This document shows, piece after piece, positions 37,323 to 45,987 of a DNA stretch of 64,000 nt. How positions within the stretch are numbered: the stretch's first letter is position 1; every line of letters starts with the position of its first letter. Location: positions 32,001-96,000 of the IMG/VR virus record IMGVR_UViG_3300045988_100686, one strand, 5' to 3'. The notes beneath the pieces were generated by a model. The model did no database searches. It was given only the letters and a program-made list of their open reading frames with translations, and was not told the origin of the DNA. This DNA is from a virus. The translations under genes were made by a program, and so were the position numbers.

Positions 37323-37732
37323 ACTGCCACCTCCCTGGTATCTGTATACGGGTTATGAAAAGTCTCATCAATTTCTGGAAGAGTGTAATAGTCGAATACT
37401 AGCTGGAAATTGCAGTCAGTCGCAGGTGTCCAGCGAGGCACGTATACTATCATTTTTACTTCTCTAACTTCTAGCTCTTTCAGGTCACCAATAAATGGTT
37501 CCTCAATGGTTAGGTAATCTTGCCCGTGTTTTACATCCTGCAAGAATATTTTAGTGTGCAGTGCTGCACGTGTCCCTACGTTTTTTACGTAGACAGATGA
37601 TCTCCATACCTCTCCAGTATTACCATTGATACCTTTTTTAGTACCTAGAAACAATAGAGGATTATTGTTTGCTGATAAAGGTAGTTCTTGCGTACACTCT
37701 TTATCTACAAATATTTTAAGTTGTGCTGCCAT
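37319..37732 (-). CDS. virion protein (paralogous domain)
   Basis: 137 aa, similar to the N-terminus of the protein at 36582-37322. Confidence 0.5.
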   Translation of the reverse strand: MAAQLKIFVDKECTQELPLSANNNPLLFLGTKKGINGNTGEVWRSSVYVKNVGTRAALHTKIFLQDVKHGQDYLTIEEPFIGDLKELEVREVKMIVYVPRWTPATDCNFQLVFDYYTLPEIDETFHNPYTDTREVAV

Positions 37733-37733
37733 T

Positions 37734-38393
37734 TTAATGAAAACCTGGATTTGGAATCTTGTGTTGAGATTTAGCGTTAGCTCTATCTAGTTTTTCAGTA
37801 GCATCATTTTTTGCAATTACTGCACCCATAATAGGAGTCGCAAGACTGCCAGCAGCACTCAAAGCTCCTGCAATCTTTTCAGGGTTTTCCTCTGCATATA
37901 CGTTTGCTGCCACTAATTTCATAGCCACTTTGTCCATCCCTGGTTGCACTGCGTTGTACAATCCAATAGTTATAGCTTCTCTGTTTTCATCAGGCAACTC
38001 ATTGTATAGCAGATATGCATTATAAGCATACTTTGTAGGAACAGTATATGCTTCAGAACCCATTGTGGCTGCTGCTATTTTTACAAATTCTTGTAGTCCA
38101 GTGTTGTCAAAGTATTCATTATTTGCCATTTTTTTAATTTTTCCCTTTTCTTCAATTAAGTCACGCTCGTGCTGCTTAGCCCTATTATAAAATCTACGGT
38201 TTACAAGCAGCCCTAAACCTGCAAGCCCACTTCCAATTACACCTGCGCGGGTAATACGTTGCAGTCTATTCAACGGGAGCTTTGAAAAATGCTTATCAAT
38301 TTTATATTGGGCAATTCCTGCACCTATTCCCGTACCAGCAGCAATAAGCTGGTTTATTTTGTTCTGTTTTTCAACTCGTGTCTCCGCTGCCAT
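37734..38393 (-). CDS. glycine-zipper membrane protein
   Basis: AAGTGIGAGIA and GVIGSGLAGLGLLV segments. Confidence 0.5.
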   Translation of the reverse strand: MAAETRVEKQNKINQLIAAGTGIGAGIAQYKIDKHFSKLPLNRLQRITRAGVIGSGLAGLGLLVNRRFYNRAKQHERDLIEEKGKIKKMANNEYFDNTGLQEFVKIAAATMGSEAYTVPTKYAYNAYLLYNELPDENREAITIGLYNAVQPGMDKVAMKLVAANVYAEENPEKIAGALSAAGSLATPIMGAVIAKNDATEKLDRANAKSQHKIPNPGFH

Positions 38394-38407
38394 AGTATCA
38401 CCTCATA

Positions 38408-38890
38408 CTAGCATAAGTGTCCATAGCACTCATTGATATTCAGAGTTCTTTTAATTGCCGTAGTCTCTTGAGACACCTTTGCTTCTAGTTCTTGTCTTAG
38501 AGCGGAAAATTGCTGGCTCTTATAATATATAGTAGACTGGATTCCGCCATCAGAATATTGCATTTCGCCACGTAATTCAATCAATGCAGTGAGTTTCAAT
38601 GCCTCTACCATTGCGGAGTCTAACAGAAGTTTACGTCTTGGAAAATCTTCCATGGTATATTGGCGATATATGTGTGGAGGAGTATCATTGAACAATGTTA
38701 CTGCCCAGTCAATACATTTCCAAAGCTGTTCATCTGTTAGGTGCTCCTGATATAGTGGTATATTCTTAGTGGCAAAGTCCATCAATGCTAGACGTAGATC
38801 TGAAGGTGTTACAACAGATTTTTGTTCCAGAGTCTTGCTAATTGCTAAAACCTTAGGATCTATGTCTTCGGTTTTTAAGGTATCACTCAT
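38408..38890 (-). CDS. hypothetical virion protein
   Basis: 160 aa. Confidence 0.5.
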   Translation of the reverse strand: MSDTLKTEDIDPKVLAISKTLEQKSVVTPSDLRLALMDFATKNIPLYQEHLTDEQLWKCIDWAVTLFNDTPPHIYRQYTMEDFPRRKLLLDSAMVEALKLTALIELRGEMQYSDGGIQSTIYYKSQQFSALRQELEAKVSQETTAIKRTLNINECYGHLC

Positions 38891-38979
38891 TTAACCTCCT
38901 AAATAAGAAAAAGACCGCCGCCGAAATAGCGACGGCCTTAATGGCCTAAGCCGTATAATGAGGAGCTACTTATCAGGGG

Positions 38980-39291
38980 TTAGCGGATAGTAGCTACAAA
39001 TGTTTCAAGTGCTGATGCTGTTTTCTCTGGACGTGTAGCATATTGTTTATACGCATCATATAAACCACGTACACCGTAGCCGGTACCTGCAAGACCTGCA
39101 AGGGATCCAAGGCCGCCTGCTGCAAGTGCAAGGTTAGTATGACCTTTTAACCCTAGTGGTATTGCAGCGCTATTGAGTGCACCTGAGGCTAGACCCATGC
39201 CGAAACCCATTCCGATGTCTCTTGAGAGTCTATTGGAGTAGAATTGATTATCTTTATCTGCTGCACATTTATATAGATAATATGGATTCAT
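38980..39291 (-). CDS. small glycine-zipper protein with C-terminal SALETFVATIR motif
   Basis: GMGFGMGLASGALNSAAIPLG...LAAGGLGSLAGLAGTGYG. The C-terminus resembles that of the protein at 39319-40836. Confidence 0.5.
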   Translation of the reverse strand: MNPYYLYKCAADKDNQFYSNRLSRDIGMGFGMGLASGALNSAAIPLGLKGHTNLALAAGGLGSLAGLAGTGYGVRGLYDAYKQYATRPEKTASALETFVATIR

Positions 39292-39318
39292 TGCATTAAT
39301 CTCCTTATTCTAATACAG

Positions 39319-40836
39319 TTACTGACGAGAAGTAGCTACAAAGTTCTCTAAAGCTGATGCAGCAGGACCACCAACAGCGCCACCAATAGCAGCTCCAATG
39401 CCTGCGCCTACGCGGGGAGCATTAAATCTACCACCAATCATTGCACCTGCAGTTGCACCTGCAGCGGAGCCTAGAGCGGATCCTGCAATAGGAACGAATT
39501 CATTAGCCTGCTTTTCCATATAGTCGCAGTAATCTAGATAATCTGCAGCGTCTGTATAGAGTTCCTCTGCATATGCCATTTTTTCAAGGCAGTCATCATA
39601 GAGAGCTTCTGCAGAGTCCATTGCATATGCTGCTTCTTCTGGGTAAATACCAGTGTAATCTACAGAAGCTAGTTTATCCATGTAGTCTTCATACGGATCA
39701 TAGTCATAAATGCTAGCTTGTTTTTCTTTATATTTCTTGTAGCCGTAAGCTGCGCCCCCAAGAGCTGCAGTAGCTCCTGCACCATAAGCCAGTTGTTTAT
39801 TGGACACCGGAATCGTGTTGCGAGTCATCTGCAGTGCGGTCTTAACATCTTTCCAGCTTCTATTTTTAATGCCTTGTCCAATAAGACTTAATCCTGCTTT
39901 AAAGTCACCAATTCCTGCAGTTTTAGCGAATGGGTCAATACCATTTTGATACATATTAACTGCTTCATCCATAGTTAGGCCTCTGGATGCTAATTCAGCT
40001 TTGGCGTTTCTGTAGCGATTATGTACGTATGCGGCTGCACCACCAAGAGCTGCTGCACCTGCCACACCAGCGCCGACACGACCAGGATGATTCTTTGTGT
40101 ATCCCCAAGCAGCCTTGCCTTTACCCTTCACATAATTGTAACCCTTGCCGACGGTGTCTTTTACGGACTGCCAACGGCTTTTGTCTTCTGCAGCTTGCTT
40201 AGCCATTTCACACGCAGCTATCTGCTTAGCCTTTGCGAGTTGCATCTGCTCAGATGGGCTAGCATATACACTTGCACCCTGAGAGGTAGGACTTAGAGTT
40301 GCATTATTGGTCATTCCCAGTACTCCCTCAGAGCCAGCTTCTGGTGCTGGTTGTGCTTCCAGAGGGATACTCATATCTGCAGCGTATTTTGCGAGTTCAC
40401 AAACATTATATAAATCATTATTCATTGATACTTCATTCTCCTCTATTCTTGCAGTCTTTTCAGCATTTTGTCCAGCTTTATGCCTTTTATATGCAATAGC
40501 GCCTGCGGAACCAATAGCACCTGCGGAACCTGCTGTTAGTGCAATTTTTTTACGTATGCTAGATGTTCTAGCTTTTTCAACCTGAAGTTTATGTTTTGCA
40601 GCTTGTAATAATGGAGAAAGCTCTTTGAGTTTATTAGCAGCGGATTGTCTTAATCCAGTGCCAATAGTAGGTGTAGTAGCAAAAGCCTTAGTAATATCTA
40701 CATCCTGCTGTATTCTTGCAACTTGTTTCTGAGCTGCCCTTACATTCTTACCACGGGCAACTCTTATAAGTTTAGTAACAGAATCTCGAAACCCAGCTTC
40801 CTTTTGCATATCATTTAATGTATTTGATAATTCCAT
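39319..40836 (-). CDS. large Ala/Gly-rich internal virion (ejection-type) protein with C-terminal SALENFVATSRQ motif
   Basis: Multiple glycine-zipper segments, N-terminal coiled-coil-like region, 505 aa. Confidence 0.5.
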   Translation of the reverse strand: MELSNTLNDMQKEAGFRDSVTKLIRVARGKNVRAAQKQVARIQQDVDITKAFATTPTIGTGLRQSAANKLKELSPLLQAAKHKLQVEKARTSSIRKKIALTAGSAGAIGSAGAIAYKRHKAGQNAEKTARIEENEVSMNNDLYNVCELAKYAADMSIPLEAQPAPEAGSEGVLGMTNNATLSPTSQGASVYASPSEQMQLAKAKQIAACEMAKQAAEDKSRWQSVKDTVGKGYNYVKGKGKAAWGYTKNHPGRVGAGVAGAAALGGAAAYVHNRYRNAKAELASRGLTMDEAVNMYQNGIDPFAKTAGIGDFKAGLSLIGQGIKNRSWKDVKTALQMTRNTIPVSNKQLAYGAGATAALGGAAYGYKKYKEKQASIYDYDPYEDYMDKLASVDYTGIYPEEAAYAMDSAEALYDDCLEKMAYAEELYTDAADYLDYCDYMEKQANEFVPIAGSALGSAAGATAGAMIGGRFNAPRVGAGIGAAIGGAVGGPAASALENFVATSRQ

Positions 40837-40865
40837 GTCATCTTGTTTATCTACGATAGTATTAA

Positions 40866-42428
40866 TTAGTCTCTGTTGCGGGGTATAGGATTAGAAAACT
40901 TTTTGTATCCATCATACACGGTTTTACCAAGTAACGCCCCACCCAGAGCGTTTGCTGCAGCTCCCGCAAGATATACCTTGCCTACGGCACCGGGCTTCGT
41001 TGCTCCTGGGGATCCGGCTGCGTATCGCAAGAAATTACCTGCGCCTGTAAGCCCTGCCCCTATAAGACCATTTCTAATTAAATGGGTCTCACCAATGTTT
41101 TCTGGAGCATAATTTTCGTTATATTTTTGACGTAGCTTGTGCGCACCATATATACCACCAGCTAAAGCTCCAGCTCCTAGGCCGATTTTCCACTTATTTG
41201 CTTTTAGCCAAGGTTTCGCGTTCTCATATCCCCAAGAACGAATCATTCGGGATTCTTCATCTAGTCCTCCTAAGGCTGTAGCTACACGTTTTAGTTCTTC
41301 ACTTTCTGTTGACGCCTTTTTTTCTCTAGGTTTATATTTTACAGCTTTATAAGCATTATAAAGTCCTTTGGTTGCATCAACTGTGGCTAAGCCTTGAAGT
41401 GCACGCCCAGCATTGTTGCTGATAGCCCCTAAAATTGGATGTTCCTTTTTGATGAACTTACCAGTCAGACGAAGCGCGTCACCGGATATTCCATGCTTAA
41501 GGTACTGTTTAAGATTTGACTTAAAATTTGCTGAGTATGGGTTTGTTTCACTACTGAATTCAACAGGAATACCATTTCTTTTAGCGTAAGCATTTGCTCC
41601 CATTCCCAAGGCTCCAGCTCCTAGGAAAGCGGTTTCTATTGGATTCTTCCTTGCGTAGGCTGCCAATATATTCCCCACCCCAGCAACTTTTTCTGGCTGA
41701 TTATTTTGAGGCTGAGGAGCAAGCATATGACCTGCGAGGTATCCAGCACCTAGGGCACCTACAGCAGTACTAACAGGATGACGTTGGATGAAAGATTTAT
41801 TTGGTGTTGTAGAAGCTGCCGTATTTGCAGTTTCACTAACACCTGAAGTGTTCTTAAGAAACTTCGATTTATACTTTTGAGCAACATCACCAATACCGTT
41901 TTTTATCTGAGTCCCAGTAAATTTGGTGGAGCCTTTAAATGCTCTCCAACTTTTATCTTTAAACACAGAATCTTTCATCATGTTAAGTCCATGCTTAAAT
42001 GATGTCCACCCTGCTTGTTTTTCCAATGCTAGCATTGCTAGCTCTGGGTAAAGCTGTGAAGCTGTTTTTTCTGAAGGTTCTAAAGTGTTTCGCTTTGATA
42101 ACGCATATCCTGCACCTGAAAGTCCCAGTCCAGTAGTACCAACTTTATCTATGTAATTATTGTTATTCATTTCGTTGTTACATGAAGCTTGAATTGGGGT
42201 CGACCTAGGTTTCTTATTAATAAAAGATCCCCCCAATCCTCCCACAAGTGCTCCAAAACCTGCAGAGGCTAGACTGCTTGTAGCTAGATGCCCATAACCC
42301 TTGAACTTACTTGCTAATAATTGTTTTCCAATGTTAGCAGCTGTGAATCCAAGTGCTCCTGCTGCAGCTCCTGGAAGCATCATGGTTCCAGTGTCTGCTG
42401 GAGTAATTGTAGAAACTTGCCTTTCCAT
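40866..42428 (-). CDS. large glycine-zipper-rich internal virion protein
   Basis: More than six GxxxG-type hydrophobic segments; 520 aa. Confidence 0.5.
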   Translation of the reverse strand: MERQVSTITPADTGTMMLPGAAAGALGFTAANIGKQLLASKFKGYGHLATSSLASAGFGALVGGLGGSFINKKPRSTPIQASCNNEMNNNNYIDKVGTTGLGLSGAGYALSKRNTLEPSEKTASQLYPELAMLALEKQAGWTSFKHGLNMMKDSVFKDKSWRAFKGSTKFTGTQIKNGIGDVAQKYKSKFLKNTSGVSETANTAASTTPNKSFIQRHPVSTAVGALGAGYLAGHMLAPQPQNNQPEKVAGVGNILAAYARKNPIETAFLGAGALGMGANAYAKRNGIPVEFSSETNPYSANFKSNLKQYLKHGISGDALRLTGKFIKKEHPILGAISNNAGRALQGLATVDATKGLYNAYKAVKYKPREKKASTESEELKRVATALGGLDEESRMIRSWGYENAKPWLKANKWKIGLGAGALAGGIYGAHKLRQKYNENYAPENIGETHLIRNGLIGAGLTGAGNFLRYAAGSPGATKPGAVGKVYLAGAAANALGGALLGKTVYDGYKKFSNPIPRNRD

Positions 42429-42802
42429 TATTCTTGGGTAGCCTCTTCTGCTGTTGGAGCAGGAGTAGCTTTTCGTGTTCTAGTAGTTTTAGTTGATTTA
42501 GAAGTACTTTGTACTACTGGGGGTTCAGGTGTTTGCTTCGGTGCTGCCTTTACAGCACTACGTGGGCCATTGGAAACAGCGCCAGCATCAAAGCTTACAG
42601 CTTTTACAACGTTACCAGTAATACCAGTTTTTACTAAACCGGGATCATTGGAAATAGAAACTAACTTAGCACTTTCTAGTTCTTTTACGCGAGTAACTAG
42701 TTCAATGTTGGAGTCATCAATATAATGATTGATTTCACCGACTGCTAGGTTTAATCTTCCATCAATGCCCAGGATAGCATTATGTAGATTAGAAATAAAC
42801 AC
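42428..42802 (-). CDS. hypothetical head-associated protein
   Basis: 124 aa with a basic, Pro/Thr-rich C-terminus. Confidence 0.45.
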   Translation of the reverse strand: MFISNLHNAILGIDGRLNLAVGEINHYIDDSNIELVTRVKELESAKLVSISNDPGLVKTGITGNVVKAVSFDAGAVSNGPRSAVKAAPKQTPEPPVVQSTSKSTKTTRTRKATPAPTAEEATQE

Positions 42803-42865
42803 TAGGGTTATCCCTCTCTTTCTTAAAGTATAGTAATGAGGGAGGGGTAACCTCCCTCTAATGAG

Positions 42866-43804
42866 TTAGTCTTCGTAACCAGCGCCAGTCAGTTTAATCT
42901 TTGCGACACCGTTATCGTTACCAATTGAAATACCAATGTTCTCCCACAGATGGAAGGTAAACTTGTTGGCTTTGGTTTCCATAAATGCTTTAACGTCAGT
43001 CAGGACGTCAAATACACCAAGGTATTCAGGGGTAGAGAACAGATAAATGTGACCCGGTTTTACAATTTCATTCTTGATGGAACGAACGAAGTTGTAACCC
43101 AACAGCTTAGTATAGCTGTAACCATTATGGATGATATCTTCCATAACCTGAGAACCAGCTGCAGGCTGTTGCAGTTTCAGCAGGTCCATCCAGTCAGATT
43201 CACTGATCAAAATAGTGCCGATAGGTACTTGACGTTTAACCAGGAGTTTCAGGCCTTCAGCCAGGATAGACGGAGTAAACGGACCAGCTGCAGTGTAAAC
43301 TGCGGTACCAGCTTTTTCCGCTTCTTTCTTCTTCAGAATATCATCCACAGTAGAAATAAATAGTTTATCTTCTGTAGCCTGAATATCTTTCAGATAGTTC
43401 TCTTGGATAATTTGTTTAATAGGTACTCTGTAGGTCATCAACTCTTCAGTGAGTTTGTGGAATTCCTCAGACTGAATATGAGTATAGAATACCTGGAATT
43501 TATCACCGATATAGTATCTCTGTTGAGCTTGCTCACTGAAAGTTACAGGGTAAGCCTCAGATACTTTATCTTTGTGGATAATACGCATCGGGGAATCTGA
43601 ATCAACAGCTTGGTCCAGATCTGCTGCGGTAATTTGTTTCGGGGGAATAATTTTACGAGTGAAGGAACCTTCACGGATTTTTACACGGCAGAACTCAGTA
43701 GCACTACCTGCAACCTTTTCCAAACCTTCCTGAGAAGAAATCTTTTGGACAAAGGAAGTGTTGTATAACATTGCATCATTTGCGTTGTCGAGAATTACGC
43801 TCAT
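42866..43804 (-). CDS. putative major capsid protein
   Basis: 312 aa with markedly high-expression codon usage, sitting immediately after a decoration-like gene and downstream of a scaffold-like gene. Assigned by gene order and composition only. Confidence 0.45.
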   Translation of the reverse strand: MSVILDNANDAMLYNTSFVQKISSQEGLEKVAGSATEFCRVKIREGSFTRKIIPPKQITAADLDQAVDSDSPMRIIHKDKVSEAYPVTFSEQAQQRYYIGDKFQVFYTHIQSEEFHKLTEELMTYRVPIKQIIQENYLKDIQATEDKLFISTVDDILKKKEAEKAGTAVYTAAGPFTPSILAEGLKLLVKRQVPIGTILISESDWMDLLKLQQPAAGSQVMEDIIHNGYSYTKLLGYNFVRSIKNEIVKPGHIYLFSTPEYLGVFDVLTDVKAFMETKANKFTFHLWENIGISIGNDNGVAKIKLTGAGYED

Positions 43805-43832
43805 TCTATTTATACACCGTCCTTATTGTCTA

Positions 43833-44225
43833 TTAAGCAAACATAAAGGTTACGACACCGTTAGTCATATCTTTAATTGCGTAACCAATAACATCTGACT
43901 TATCAGCAGACTTATCCACTTTACCATCGTTTACAGTCAGAGCATCACCTGCTACAATTGATACTGCAGCAACTTTGTCTGTCTCCAAAACTCCTGATTT
44001 TGCAGTTACACAGTCTACACGATTCAGATAACGGGTATCATAGAAGCGACCATTACCACGATAAACTGGCACGCAGAGTCCTTGGGACGGATCCCATTGA
44101 CCTGTTTGTTTCTTTACGGCACCACTATCAAATACTGCCCAATCACCCTGATCCAGGATTTCGCCGTCCTTAACTGGAAGGCTTTTGATATTTGCAGTTT
44201 CTTGACCACTTAAAATATTAAGCAT
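43833..44225 (-). CDS. head decoration-like protein
   Basis: 130 aa, beta-rich, with high-expression codon usage. Size and position match a lambda gpD-like decoration slot. Confidence 0.4.
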   Translation of the reverse strand: MLNILSGQETANIKSLPVKDGEILDQGDWAVFDSGAVKKQTGQWDPSQGLCVPVYRGNGRFYDTRYLNRVDCVTAKSGVLETDKVAAVSIVAGDALTVNDGKVDKSADKSDVIGYAIKDMTNGVVTFMFA

Positions 44226-44246
44226 TCGGGAATTCTCCTCCTTATA

Positions 44247-44564
44247 TTAACCTAAAATTGCTTTATCCAGAGGATCCATTGATCCTCCAAAATATCCACC
44301 AGTGGAGACTTCCCCAAGTGCGTCAACGCTACCAGTAGGTAGGTCATTGACCACGGATTTCATGGATGCAATTTTTTGTGGGTTTTTAGTTAAAAATTCT
44401 ATATAATCATTACGTTGAGATTCTTTAACCATACCATGTTGAATCATCAAATTAGTTGTTTCTGCTGCTTCTTTTTGTAGGTTATTAGAATACTCCATTA
44501 CACTTGCGGCTTTTTCAAGTAAGGTTGCCGCATTCAAAAGTTCTTGTTGGATATCAGAACCCAT
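44247..44564 (-). CDS. hypothetical head-module protein
   Basis: 105 aa. Confidence 0.45.
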   Translation of the reverse strand: MGSDIQQELLNAATLLEKAASVMEYSNNLQKEAAETTNLMIQHGMVKESQRNDYIEFLTKNPQKIASMKSVVNDLPTGSVDALGEVSTGGYFGGSMDPLDKAILG

Positions 44565-44576
44565 GTGGGCACCTCC

Positions 44577-45098
44577 TTATTGTTCCTGTGGTTTGCTACG
44601 AAGTTTATCAAGAAGCTCTGTGCCTTTCATTTGAGCAAGTATACCTGTTGCCAATGCTCCTGCACCTGCTACTGGCTTCATTATACTCGGACGTTCAATC
44701 TCTCGATAAAGAACCTTTCCATCTTTACCAGCACCTGGAACCAGAACATTTTTGCCATTCTTTGTTTCCATGTGAACTTTGTATTTTGATTTGCTCGTCC
44801 ACATGTCATGCCAGAGACCAGATTTTGACCTGCCACGTATCATAGCACCTAATCCAGTGTCTGCAGCAGTAAGCCCAGAGTCTAATTTATTTAAGGCTTT
44901 AGAAACAGTCGGAGCACCAAAAGCATCAGCTTTAGCAAGCCCGTCTATTATGTTCCTATGAATTGCCAGTCCTCCGACTTCCCCTGACTGCCGTATGTAG
45001 GGTGTTGCTCGCTGAATTTCTCGCTTAGCATACCGGAGTCTGTTCTTTGCAAAATTGGCTATACCGTTTAGAAAAGCAGCTTCTTTTTCAATAGACAT
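44577..45098 (-). CDS. hypothetical head-module protein
   Basis: 173 aa. Confidence 0.5.
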   Translation of the reverse strand: MSIEKEAAFLNGIANFAKNRLRYAKREIQRATPYIRQSGEVGGLAIHRNIIDGLAKADAFGAPTVSKALNKLDSGLTAADTGLGAMIRGRSKSGLWHDMWTSKSKYKVHMETKNGKNVLVPGAGKDGKVLYREIERPSIMKPVAGAGALATGILAQMKGTELLDKLRSKPQEQ

Positions 45099-45274
45099 TA
45101 ATCTTCTAGTGCAAAGCCAGCCAGCAAGCCATCCATGTACTCTGCGCGAGCAGTAGAGGCAGGGGCAGTCGCACTAGCTACTTTGTCAAGCGAATATGAT
45201 TCTTCTGTAGCAAACTGGCGTAAAAGGGATGCACAGTCACGCATGTCCTGAACCAGTTGTTCATTGTCGTTCAT
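45098..45274 (-). CDS. unlisted small ORF (58 aa)
   Basis: Minus-strand AAAGGAGAC sits 7 nt before the ATG. Its stop overlaps the next start (TAATG). Below the ORF-track cutoff. Confidence 0.35.
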   Translation of the reverse strand: MNDNEQLVQDMRDCASLLRQFATEESYSLDKVASATAPASTARAEYMDGLLAGFALED

Positions 45275-45296
45275 GTAAAGTCTCCTTTACTGAGAG

Positions 45297-45896
45297 TTAC
45301 GCAATACCTTGAATAGCCTGTGCTGCGCTACCAACAGCTTGGCTTGCCTGAGCAACGTATGCTTCGAGTTCTGGATCTGCTACTGCTTCATGAGCTTGGC
45401 GCGCCAGTGTCATGTTCTCAGCAGCGGTTGCCATAGATTGTGCAGCAGTATTTGGATCACCTTGATCAGCAGATGCAATGGCGTCATTTGCAGCCTGAAC
45501 TGCTAGTTCTGCATGAGCTTTACCTGCTTCACGCAGTTGATCTGCGGATGCTTGTTGGGTGCTTACAAGGTTAGCGCCACCAGATTGTGGGGAATAAGTT
45601 TCAGCGATTTTTTCAAGGCTAGCGTATACTGCAGTGTCAATCATGTCTGCAATAGAAGCTTGCTTTACAATTTCTTCCTCCGGATCAAAACCAAGAGATG
45701 CGGACAATCTATAGTGGAAAGTATCATATGCCTGATTGCCCATGATGTCGCCAGTGATGCTAGCAACTTTAGTTACGCGTTCTGCGTCCGCAATGCCTTG
45801 TTCATGTGCGGTCTTCAACAAAGAATTATCTTCTAGATTTACTCGTGCACTCGCTTGTTTAACAAGGTCTGCAATAGTAGTTTTTTGGTTTGACAT
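45297..45896 (-). CDS. Ala-rich alpha-helical protein, scaffold-like
   Basis: 199 aa, Ala/Gln/Glu-rich, low complexity, positioned upstream of the capsid-like gene. Confidence 0.45.
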   Translation of the reverse strand: MSNQKTTIADLVKQASARVNLEDNSLLKTAHEQGIADAERVTKVASITGDIMGNQAYDTFHYRLSASLGFDPEEEIVKQASIADMIDTAVYASLEKIAETYSPQSGGANLVSTQQASADQLREAGKAHAELAVQAANDAIASADQGDPNTAAQSMATAAENMTLARQAHEAVADPELEAYVAQASQAVGSAAQAIQGIA

Positions 45897-45987
45897 TGTC
45901 GTCTTGCACCATCCTTTACGAAATGAGTAGAATTTGTCGATTATCTACTTGTGGTATATTATACCTGATTTTATTTATTAGACTAAT

